64,000 nt of DNA. Origin: Phoronis australis (Eukaryota > Animalia > Phoronida). Under the pieces are notes generated by a model that saw only the letters and a program-made list of their open reading frames with translations, was not told where the DNA came from and searched no databases. This document shows, piece after piece, positions 39,101 to 47,769 of the stretch; the first letter of the stretch is position 1, and every line of letters starts with the position of its first letter. Location: positions 4,501,384-4,565,383 of the forward strand of contig NMRA01000001.1 of assembly GCA_002633005.1 (NCBI GenBank), in the 5' to 3' direction. Both the position numbers and the translations under genes were made by a program.

Positions 39101-42100
39101 TATCACAAATTCCTGACATGAATCGGATCATTTGATGTAAAACTGGTTTATTAATAAAGTGACACAGAGCATTGTTGGTTTGCTAGGAACACTTACTAGA
39201 CATTGCATTGACTATTGAGTGTTTGGAGGTGATTGTGATAGAAAGTCACCTCTGAGGTTGCACCGATTACATCAAACAATGGTTGATCTGTTTCCTGTAG
39301 TAAATATTTTGGCCATTATGTTTCGCACCTGACACATCTGACGTGAAGGTGATTTCAGTTAATGTGTCGTAATACCTGTTATTGCCCGAAATTCCACTAA
39401 CTGACCTTGAAAGATAAGGGGTCGAGATGGACATCCTTTTGTGACTCTTACTTACGTCAATAGTGGTGACTCTTGTTGAGCTGTCTCTTATCTTCAGTAA
39501 GTTGGAAGCTTGCCAACTGGGCACGGGAGGCTAAACTTAAAAAGACAGTAATACAAATTTATTCATGCATTAATTCCGTCGTGACTCTTTTTTTTGCTTG
39601 TGTATTGAAATGCTGAAGTCGGGTTGTTGTGTTGCTGGTAGCAAAATAAAACATGTGTAGTATCATGTATTGTGTGACTTCCTTTTATAAAACATCTGTA
39701 GTATCACAGTGATATTGTGTGGCTTTTGTCTATGATATCACTCATTGTTGTTGTTTTCATTTGTTGGAAAATTTTCATTTAAATCAGAAATCAAGCTATT
39801 TTTGCAATTTGCAGGTTAAATTTACTGTTACCTTCTGTGGTCTATTTAGATTGCAAATTCACCTTTCAATCAGGTGTTTTCTTTGTAGCAATTGACATCA
39901 TGCTGTATGCGAAAGAAAAATGTGCATTTCAGTCTAATTTGGAAACAAAATTTGGAAACAAAATCTTTTAACAATACAGTATGTTGTTGTTATCTCAAGC
40001 AAGAAAACTCAGATAGCTATGTAGGGTTTAGTGATATCTCTTAAAAACACAATTTTAGTCAAACTTCTTTAAATATAATTTGTTATATTTGAACACAAAT
40101 TTGTTATCTTCATCAACTCTGTTAGAAGACGTGATGGTGATCAATAGTCTTGTCATCTGGTGTTTTTGAAATCTGTCAACTCAAGGAATACACGATCAGG
40201 GCACCATGCATTTTTTATGCGTGCTAGACATCAAAAGTCATGGACTAATGTTGATGTCATAGATGGTGAAAATAAATGTCAATTAGGTTAGGTGTGAGCA
40301 TTGTGCGTAGTTTACGTCAGTGGCTGCAGTAAATTCCCACCAATTTTGGACATCAACAATTGCAAATGTTTTTTCTCATTTTTCAAAGGCTTCTAACGTT
40401 ATTGTGACTGCGGCGCACTATTTCTCAGAATCATCGTCTGATGGTAACTGTGGTATAGATCTTTAAAAAATGTTTTGGCATTTATTTGGTGCTACTTATC
40501 ATTTATGAAAAATAGAGTTCAATTGTCGGACATATTGTGTCCTAAATTGGTGAGATTTTACCACAGTGAAAACAGGACAGTGGTTCCACCTGTTGCCTGG
40601 AATACAGCGATCTCTCCAGGACATGGTTTAATAATACGCTCCACCTCGTTTTCAATTAATTGATAGAATTCTCCTTCCCTGATTGAATTCATGTTCTGTT
40701 TTCTTTTCAATTCTCTTAAAGTTATGTAGGACCCTAGAAAAATTCCAATTTTGGGTAGCTTTGGAACGTGGTGTCTCAGAAATGGCTGATAGGATTCATA
40801 CTGTTTCACTTTTGTATGAGGGGCTATTCGAATAGTACTTCTATGTTTATGAAAAAATGAAAGTTGCTTAAAACAAAAACTAAACGGTAATTCAGAAAAC
40901 TGTTACAACGTTTTTGAGATTTATTTTGAACATTTATATCATACGAAATTTGGTTAATATGCCATTGATCCTTTTGTTTTTCTGTGAATTTATCTTTCTT
41001 TTTGCTAAATTTTCCTATGAAAGCAAGGTCAAGTGACCGACAAACAACACATTGTTGGGTAAAACGTATTGTTTGTTTTTCGACTTTTTGCAAGGGGAAA
41101 TTTTGAAAAACATTTGTGACAGTTAATTTTGTGATTCTGATGTTCAGGTTGTATAACAGAATGCCATGCATCTTTAACATTTCAAACTATAGTCTGAAAG
41201 AGTGAACCATTGCTTTTGTGAATCGTTTTTCAACTACTTTTCCTACCTTTTTCTAAAAACCGTGGTGTTCTTTCATCTCGGGATAAAAACTATTGAGACA
41301 CACTCCAAATTATCAAGAATTTCCTACTGAACACACAGGTGTATGCGCATTTCTTGAACTGCCTGGAAGTTAGGGGCTAAAACTGAAGGTAAATTTACTT
41401 TTATTGAAAATTTTAGTCGATTCTGAAGGATGAGAGACCCTGTAACAGAGAGTGGAAAAAGTGGCTATGAACTCGGCTGTGAAGCCACCAAGGCAAGAAG
41501 TTTGCATGTCACATTGTCACACCTTATTTGCTATGCTGGCTTCGGGCATGAAAACCACAGTTTTATGTATTGTTGATGCATACTTCGTTAATGTTCCATT
41601 TCTTTATGACCAAAATCACTGGAATGCCATAATTTTTAGGAACAGCGTGAAACTTTTTTGCCACGCAACATGTGACCAGCTGCATTTCTGTTTGTTGCAA
41701 GCTTTCTTTTCTGTTTAAGGAAACTTCAAGGCTGGCGACCAGTCAGGGACAATCATGAAGAAGTTCTGTTCACGAGAAGCCAAATGTCTCGAGCAGATCA
41801 TGTCAGACATTTTACGACCATACGTGCCAGAGTTCAAAGGTGAAGTGGAGAAAGATGACGAAAGTATCCTTGTTTTTTGAGTTATAGATGCGCAATAGAT
41901 TTGAATGAAAGTTGGGCAACTGCACGAGCATGTATGGTGCTCTTATCTTGATTAAAGATTTTGTGGAATTTGTTCAACAGTTTATTCTGGCAATCGAAAC
42001 TAATCGAACTGAAAATAGTTCTCAATTTGTGAGTCAAGGTTTACAACAAGTAACAGGAAGCAACATGATAGCTGATACAATCGGTCAATTTATTATTATT

Positions 42101-45100
42101 TTGTGACGAACCATGGATACAACTGAAGGCTACTGCTCCTCACTGTCGTAATAGTTTTATCTGTTTCTTATTTCAAAGAAACATGATGGTTGTATTTTCT
42201 CAGAGAATTACGCTTACCAGTCGAAACTCCTTTGAGGCAGTAGTTTCCTCATCAGCATTCGTGACCTGTATGATTTGCTTCAATAGCTCCCTACCTTGAC
42301 CACAATGTAATGTTTGTTCAGCTTTTGTTCTGTTTTTACATTGAACATAATTGACTTGTAGTTAAGTTGGTGCCTCTGGCTATGGTTCATGACTCAGTAA
42401 ATGAACCGTCATTAACCACTATTTTCTAACATCTGCCTATTGGTTTCAGACTTGACAACCTAAACCAGTTTAATGCCATTACCAGTTCACTTCACTTAGG
42501 TTGAATAATTTATCTGGGCTCTGTTGCATTAGACCTGTGTAAGGCCATCATGTGTTATGTTGGCATTTGTCCAACTGTCCTGTAGATGTCATCTGTTGGT
42601 TATCTATTGCATGCGCATACTCAGGATCGAACGAGCCCCCTATTTGGCGAAGTGGACAAAAAGGTCTGCCTCAGAGAAACAAAAACTCTGAAAAAAGTAG
42701 GAAATGAGACAATCGTCCACTAAAAAGGCAGGAACTACCTAAATTTGGCGAATGCACAATTTTTAGCTGTGAACGTACCCCGTTTTTATAGTAAAAGGTC
42801 TACATTCTCAAAAATTCAAGCCCCCCATTTTCTATCCTGGGAGCGCACATGTATTGGCAGTGATTAGTTTCATTGGCTCGTAAGGTCATGTGACTGACTT
42901 AACTATTGTGAGGTGGTGATTTTGTTGTAACTTTCAATAGTATGCAGCATTCTGGTCAAAAGCATTGGTCACTTATAAATATGCGTTTTGGGAGGTTTCA
43001 TTGTTATTATATACTTTCTTGCACTGACTGTTTATAGTTTCTTAACCACATTGCCAGAATACATTCAACTACAGGATCTACTGTGCGATTTCAATGGTCC
43101 AGCTATATTGGACTGTAAGATGGGTACACGGACGTACCTAGAAGAGGAGTTACAGAAGGCTAGGGAGAGCTGTAAACCTAGGAGGGTAAGAGGGGTGTGG
43201 GGCAGGGGTGTATCAAGGGTACGGGGACTGTGGATGTGTCTTCTCAACTGTGAGTTGGGTACATAGACCTATCTAGAGGAGGAGATAGAGGGGTGTAAGG
43301 CGTGATGTGGGTACACTGACATACCTAGAATGGGAATGAGAGTGGTGCAGTTTGGGAGGTGAGTACACAGACATTCCTAGAATGAGAATGAGAGGGGTGC
43401 ACGGTGGGAAGTGAGTGTACGGACATTCCTAGAATGAGAGGGGTGCAGGGTAGGAAGTGAGTGCGTGGACATTACTAGAATGAGAGGGGTGCAGGGTAGG
43501 AAGTGAGTGTAGGGACATTCCTAGAATGAGAGGGGTGCAGGGTAGGAGATGAGTGCACGGACATTCCTAGAATGAGAATGAGAGGGTTCAGGATGTGAGG
43601 TGAGGGCATGGACATTCATAGAATGAGAGGGGTGCAGGGTAGGGGTTGAGTGCACAGACATTCCTGGGATGGAAATGAGAAGGGTGCAGTGTGGGAGTAA
43701 AGTAACGTGCAGCATGGGTCGGGCTGCAGATAAAGATTAAAGTGTATTCCTTTTAAGAAGTCACAGTTATATTTTTGTTTAACATTGTTTACAAAAAACA
43801 GGAAGTTTACTGAGCAGTTTTATGTTACTGTGCTGTTGTTTCTTCACGTTTTTTGTTTCTGTGTGACAGGACATGTATGAGAAAATGATTCAAGTGGAGC
43901 CTAATGAGCCGACAGATGAAGAGAGACAGGCACAGGCCATCAGTAAACCACGTTATATGCAATGGAGGGAAACTATCAGTTCTACTGCAACACTAGGTTT
44001 TAGGATGGAGGGCAGTAAGGTATGTATCTAGACATTTAACCTTACCTGTGAGTGGGGACAATGGTGTCAAGTTGTCGATGGTATTCCAGGACAACCAGTC
44101 GTTTAACAAACACTCAGACAATGAAGGGCTTAGTAGGCTAAGTGGCTAGATTGATAGGGATGGCTATAAAGTTATTTAAGTTATTGTCCTCTCCTGTGGT
44201 AATTTATGGCCAGGAATCTGATAGGAAGACCAGAGAGCCCCTTGATAGGGATTTGAAAATCACTTTGTTTGTGTTCTCCACTTCATCTTGGGGTCTGGTG
44301 AGTAAAGCATATGTCCCAATTCTGACATTCAAATGACACTTATCTGGTCAGTTACAACTGTTCAAAGGGAGCATAATTAGTGAATAATTCATTACAAGCA
44401 ACTGGCAGTTTGTTATGAATTGCAGGCAAACAGTGGATTGAAGTGTCGGCGAAAACAGAAATTGGCTAAAAGTTGCCGCTCTTTTTCATGGCATTCAAAG
44501 TCTATGCATATGATCACTTCTCTGCAGAATAACTGACTGCATTTTTGCATTGCTAACCCCGTTAAGTTTGCTGAAGGAAGGTTGCAGTTTTTAATGACAT
44601 TAGATTTTCCTTTGCCCACTTTTTACTCAGATGGTTCCAAACCTGTATATTTATACAACTTTGTAGCAAAAGTAGAAAAACACCTTAATTGCCTCTCTGT
44701 AACCATTGCTGCACAAGCTTTAATAAGATTGCTGATCAGTTATTCAAGCTTTTTATCCAGCAAACGCAATCACCAAGCAAACCTCATTTTCTTACTATTT
44801 CTATTCAAAATATATGATGACCTGTTTGTGTGTGGCAATGTCACTGTACAGTACTCAAGTATGTCAGCATCGTTACTAATATGGTTATGCAAGCTTAGTG
44901 CGCATAGGTTCTCCCAAGAAGCTTATATAGTATTGGCCATGGTTGAATATTTTCTGAGCTTGAGGAAGGTTGTGTACTTTTGAGTCTGATCAATATTGCC
45001 AGTAAGGATTATTCAGACTGGATGACTTAGTGTTATACTCTGGTAGTAGAATCTAGAGTAGTGAAAAATACTGACATATCTGGCTGTTTGCGTATGTAGA

Positions 45101-46216
45101 ATGGTTAGATAATTTTTTAATGTTCTGTTGTAGAAAATTGATGGAAGCTCAAGCAGAGATTACAAAACAACCAAAACAAAAGACCAAGTGAAAGAGGCGT
45201 TGAAGAGTTTTACAGATAGCAACAAAACAGTTCAGGTGAGTTGGACCGTGTATTTCGTCACTTATTTAGGACCATATGCTTGGCCACCCACTTTGGAACA
45301 AAAGATATGCGAATATGTTAAAAACCCGTTGAAAATATTAAAGAACCAAGTAGTGGCAAGTTGTCTAGCCAAAAACAAAAAGTTCTCATCCTCAATTTTT
45401 GTTATCCGTGTTCTCTCACATTTTCAGGCCAAGTATGTACGTAGACTGAGAGCAATCAGAGCAACCCTGGAAAGCTCACCTTTCTTTGCAAGACATGAGG
45501 TAAGTGTTGGTTAGGGTCATGTTCTTCAAACATCTTCAGTGACTTCGTATATGTGACTGTAGGTTATATTGCATTCAGTGGTACTTTACTATACTCTGTG
45601 TCTTCACCAGTATGCTTGTGGACTCTTTGTTATGACAGGGATGACCAACTGTAACATTTGTAACTTTCTATTTAGTGAAATGTTTTGTCTGTGATGCGGC
45701 ATGTTTAACATTTGATCCTTAATTAATCACTGCAACAAGACAATGTGTCATAGAAAAGTACATGACAATGCTGCAAACAAACCTACAGATGCTTGGCAGT
45801 GTTATTGTTGACGCTGCTGATCAGTTTGATTGGTTTACAACCTGCTGGTGGGTTATATGGTCTTAACATATCTGTAGTGACATTGATAAAACTTCGTCCT
45901 TGGTTCACTATGTCATGTTTGTCTACCTACAGGTGATTGGTTAGTTCACAATGTCTTGTTTGTCTTCCTGCAGGTGATTGGCAGCTCATTATTGTTTGTC
46001 CATGACAAAAGTGACAAGGCAAGTGTGTGGATGATAGACTTTGGCAAGAGTGTGCCACTACCCAATGGAGTGACGATCACACACCGCAATAGTTGGAGTG
46101 AAGGGAACCATGAGGACGGATACCTATATGGCCTTGACTCTATGATAGAGTTGTTTGATGAGTTGTTGAGTGATTCAACTGACAATAATAATAGTGATGG
46201 GATGGACAAGGTATAG
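3055..46216 (+). CDS. ITPKA/B/C: Inositol-1,4,5-trisphosphate 3-kinase, spliced model: join(3055-3145,8451-9658,38733-38835,41720-41863,43058-43185,43870-44019,45134-45235,45428-45499,45974-46216), ~746 aa
   Basis: Exons join in phase (2241 nt including stop). IPK-family motifs: [13 protein letters not shown] (calmodulin-binding region), [19 protein letters not shown]-xxx-DCKMG-x-RTY, [33 protein letters not shown]. The catalytic exons are certain; attachment of the two 5' exons is inferred from phase and orientation. Which vertebrate paralog it matches cannot be resolved here. Confidence 0.9.
4282..5719. mobile_element. Non-autonomous Tc1/mariner-pogo-type DNA transposon (1.44 kb)
   Basis: TIRs CCGTATTTGCCCTAGTAACC / GGTTATTAGGGCGAATACGG, TA on both sides; no transposase ORF inside. 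Confidence 0.8.
6790..7530. repeat. Degenerate modular repeat with head-to-head inverted core units
   Basis: Core AAGTTTCATTGAAATCCAT...TTCTCGA.AT twice forward (~7288, ~7474) and in degenerate reverse orientation at ~6793 and ~6940. CAGATTTGGCCACTGCAGCACCCC (~7010) is inverted relative to GGGGTGCTGCAGTGGTCGAATCTG (~7397). Confidence 0.5.
8451..9658 (+). CDS. ITPKA/B/C: IP3K large Ser-rich disordered N-terminal exon
   Basis: 400-codon ORF (8480-9682), acceptor TTTCAG|, donor GCA|GTAAGT at 9659; phase 0 matches exon 38733. Large low-complexity N-terminal exons are typical of IP3 3-kinases. Confidence 0.8.
12508..13477. mobile_element. Old TIR element (Harbinger-like ends) with a nested repeat fragment
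   Basis: Left AGCCCCGTTTCAAATTATCGACATT versus right reverse complement AGCCTGTTTCAGACGAGCGATATT; internal CAGGCCTTCAT-family segment at ~12895. Confidence 0.35.
17021..17278. repeat. 34-bp minisatellite, ~7.5 copies (ACTAGAGCATGCTGTTCATAAAGCCATGCCATGT)
   Basis: Direct head-to-tail copies with few substitutions and no spacers. Confidence 0.95.
18200..19440 (-). pseudogene. Decayed coding-like segment, possibly a LINE ORF1 remnant
   Basis: The minus strand is A-rich with Asn/Asp/Thr-rich broken ORFs (19056-19262) and a coiled-coil-like piece (SKRMTDLE*); many stops. Family assignment is inference. Confidence 0.3.
19584..19950. repeat. ~47-bp tandem repeat (3 copies) interrupted by a MITE
   Basis: AATAGTAACTTGTTGCAAA...GTGTACAGATACTG at 19584 and 19631, with a diverged copy at 19911. 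Confidence 0.75.
19675..19903. mobile_element. 229-bp MITE, CCGTA termini, TA target duplication (Tc1/mariner-pogo type)
   Basis: TA|CCGTAAACGTT ... AATGTTTACGG|TA; internal repeated GGGCGCTTAA / GGGCTGTTAA motifs. Confidence 0.85.
20777..21858. mobile_element. TIR element with a 35-bp perfect terminal inverted repeat (PIF/Harbinger-like ends), centre in assembly gap
   Basis: CCTGGGCCCGGTCTCCAATCTCCGTACTCAGACTC at left and its exact reverse complement at right; subterminal TACTCG/CGAGTA repeats. Confidence 0.85.
21009..21655. other. Assembly gap (N run)
   Basis: Run of N. Confidence 1.
22208..22834. mobile_element. Foldback MITE with ~270-bp imperfect inverted arms (Kolobok-like TTAA|GG end)
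   Basis: CCTTGTTTACCAG..TTGTACTTA, TCTAACCCCTAC, GAAAGGTGAATAAA, GTTCCTCCAATCATA and GTCTTTTGTCAACA all have mirrored reverse complements on the right arm. Confidence 0.85.
25295..25389. repeat. Short inverted repeat, 18-bp perfect arms and 59-nt spacer (mini-MITE)
   Basis: ATAGGTTATTGAATGGTT ... AACCATTCAATAACCTAT. Confidence 0.75.
25461..25571. mobile_element. 111-bp hAT-like MITE
   Basis: CAGTGGCGGATTTAG ... CTGGATCTGCCCCTG; flanks GTTGA / GCTGA (5-bp duplication, 1 mismatch). Confidence 0.7.
27170..27352 (+). mobile_element. tRNA-derived SINE (5' head), truncated by gap
   Basis: Pol III A box TGGCTCAGTGG (27182-27192) and B box GTTCGAATCC (27227-27236) at tRNA spacing, but no closing acceptor stem. 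Confidence 0.7.
27353..27679. other. Assembly gap (N run)
   Basis: Run of N. Confidence 1.
28210..28495. repeat. Degenerate ~45-50-bp minisatellite
   Basis: Recurring TACCTCTAGTAGCAAG(T/C)TTGTCCTGGA(A/G)T.TCC.GC..GGTG motifs, about 6 copies. Confidence 0.6.
29997..30137 (+). CDS. ITPKA/B/C: IP3K candidate alternative first coding exon ([31 protein letters not shown]...KKRLT)
   Basis: accATG start, upstream in-frame TAG (29925), donor ACT|GTACGT in phase 0 compatible with exon 38733; CECDAC cysteine motif followed by a basic patch. Confidence 0.6.
37467..37571 (+). CDS. IP3K weak candidate alternative first exon ([35 protein letters not shown])
   Basis: agcATG, 35 stop-free codons, CAG|GTAGTT donor in phase 0, 1.16 kb upstream of exon 38733. 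No homology evidence. Confidence 0.3.
38733..38835 (+). CDS. ITPKA/B/C: IP3K exon: [35 protein letters not shown]
   Basis: Conserved calmodulin-binding region and QLAGH motif; polypyrimidine tract plus CAGCAG acceptor; donor AAG|GTATGT. Confidence 0.95.
41720..41863 (+). CDS. ITPKA/B/C: IP3K exon: [47 protein letters not shown]
   Basis: Phase 1 in and out; conserved D-x-LRPYVP-x-F/Y motif; followed by U12-type donor GTATCCTT. Confidence 0.95.
41864..43057 (+). other. U12-type (minor spliceosome) GT-AG intron
   Basis: 5' end GTATCCTTG matches the RTATCCTT consensus; branch TTTCTTAAC (43038-43046) lies 11 nt before the 3' end; no polypyrimidine tract between branch and AG; joins flanking exons in frame. 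Confidence 0.9.
42610..42851. mobile_element. 242-bp hAT-like MITE with 5-bp TSD, inside the U12 intron
   Basis: TIR CATGCGCATACTCAGGAT / ATCCTGGGAGCGCACATG flanked by a perfect TATTG direct repeat. Confidence 0.75.
43058..43185 (+). CDS. ITPKA/B/C: IP3K exon: [43 protein letters not shown]
   Basis: IPK signature PxxxDxKxG; donor AGG|GTAAGA. Confidence 0.97.
43246..43700 (+). repeat. Exon-derived G-rich minisatellite (~41-47-bp units, ~10 copies)
   Basis: The first unit is 31/39 identical to exon 43111-43149; later units read GTGAGTGCACGGACATTCCTAGAATGAGAGGGGTGCAGGGTAGGAA. Confidence 0.9.
43870..44019 (+). CDS. ITPKA/B/C: IP3K exon: [18 protein letters not shown]...[25 protein letters not shown]
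   Basis: Inositol-binding lobe motifs specific to IP3 3-kinases; CAG| acceptor, AAG|GTATGT donor, phase 0/0. Confidence 0.97.
45134..45235 (+). CDS. ITPKA/B/C: IP3K exon: [34 protein letters not shown]
   Basis: TAG| acceptor, CAG|GTGAGT donor, phase 0/0; matches the family motif DG-xxx-RDF/YKxTKT. Confidence 0.93.
45428..45499 (+). CDS. ITPKA/B/C: IP3K exon: [24 protein letters not shown]
   Basis: Conserved RL-x-AIR-x-TLE-x-SPFF-x-x-HE; TTTTCAG| acceptor and GAG|GTAAGT donor. Confidence 0.95.
45974..46216 (+). CDS. ITPKA/B/C: IP3K terminal coding exon: [11 protein letters not shown]...MIDFGKS...[14 protein letters not shown]...MDKV*
   Basis: SSLL, IDFG and EDGYL catalytic-domain motifs; stop TAG ends at 46216. 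Confidence 0.96.
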   Translation: MIGSSLLFVHDKSDKASVWMIDFGKSVPLPNGVTITHRNSWSEGNHEDGYLYGLDSMIELFDELLSDSTDNNNSDGMDKV

Positions 46217-47763
46217 TGGTCAACAGTGGTGCGGTGGACAAGGTATAGTGGTCGAATGTTGGGCAAGTGGTCAAAGGGGGCACAGTGAATGGATGAGCCC
46301 ACGGGAAGGGCTGATGCACTATTCAATGTCTCATATGGTTTCCTGTTCCATATGTGTGCATTTTTGAGTTCATTCGCCAAGATGTGAAGATGCGCCTGTA
46401 TCTGGTATTGAGCATGCACTTAACAAAGAACCTAAAAGCATCATTTTACATTGTAGCATGTTAGTAAAACTTGAGTTATCCACTGTGGCATCCAAAAATG
46501 GTGAGCTATGTGTATTAATGCAAATTAGCTTAGCTCGAAACTCATGTCTGTGGCGAAATGAGCTGTGAGGATTTTACCTTGCAAGGAAATGAGATGAATG
46601 TCTCACTTGTTTAATTTCTCATATGTGGTGACTGTAAATCCTCACAGCATGCGGTTGAGGTGAGGTATGTGCCAAATGATTATCTTTGCTAGCCAATGAA
46701 AATTCATCATTTCATCTTCTGACATCAAATCTCTCTTGTTGGTTCATTCTAACCCTATGTATTACATTTATGCTTATTAACACAAAATTTGCAGGTCATT
46801 GACCATTTTGCCTCGCTGTGTGACATCGGGTAAATAAATGTTCACTTGAGGAAAACACCCGAGTAGTAATTCTCCGTCTGCAGTGGCCCTTATAAAACTG
46901 TAGATGTCACCACATATTCAGTGCAACATGTACATCATGTTAGATGATATTATAAATTTGTACAGGTCTTTGCAAAAGACAAATTACTTGTTGTACAAGT
47001 CTTGGGAAACCAGTTTGGAGTTTTCAAAGTTGCAACTGGTGAATATTTTGTGTTGAAGCAAGGTGTTGAGCTACGTGGTTGTTAGGTGTCTGCACATTCT
47101 GAAGTCAAATCTGAGTTTACCATACACATTTTACTTCAAATTTCAATGTGTGCCAGTACTAGGAATTGGATGTTTGTTTAATTAATTTAAAGATGTGATC
47201 ACTCGGTAGGTGTATCATTTATTTGGCACAGGATTATTTTATGTGATTAATTACCAATGTGGGGATTATGGATATCCATGGCTTATTACCAATATAGTGG
47301 TCAAAACTGTGTTTGAACATTTTGGTGGTTTCATTCTTGTCTTGCCATCGTGTGTTGTTCTTTGCAGTTTGGGTTAGGATTTGTCTAGTATAATGCGGTC
47401 TACCTATCTCCGGAGGTGATGGTTTGTCCACAAATATGTGCTCTAGCTATCTTAGGGGACCCTTCGTTCACTATTTTACTGTCATCATTACTAATTAATT
47501 TTCCATCGGGTTATTTGTCCAAGGTTTGTGTTAACCTGAGCCTAACCACTGGTGTTGGCCAGTGTATTGTATGGCTTGTTGTTGCACAATATTGTTGTTG
47601 CACCATATTGTTGTACTATTTTACTATTTTGTTGTTCATGTTTTGTTGTGCTGTTAGCACAACACCGGAAATATTACGTTTCAGTTCTTGAGTAAAAACC
47701 TGACGTGTCTTATTTATTGTTCAAATGTTTACTTCAAGCTACCTGCTGGGCAGCAATGAAATT

Positions 47764-47769
47764 AATAAA
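47764..47769 (+). terminator. Candidate polyadenylation signal of IP3K (AATAAA)
   Basis: AATAAA followed ~25 nt later by a T/GT-rich tract; implies a ~1.55-kb 3' UTR. Another AATAAA lies at ~46833. Confidence 0.4.
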
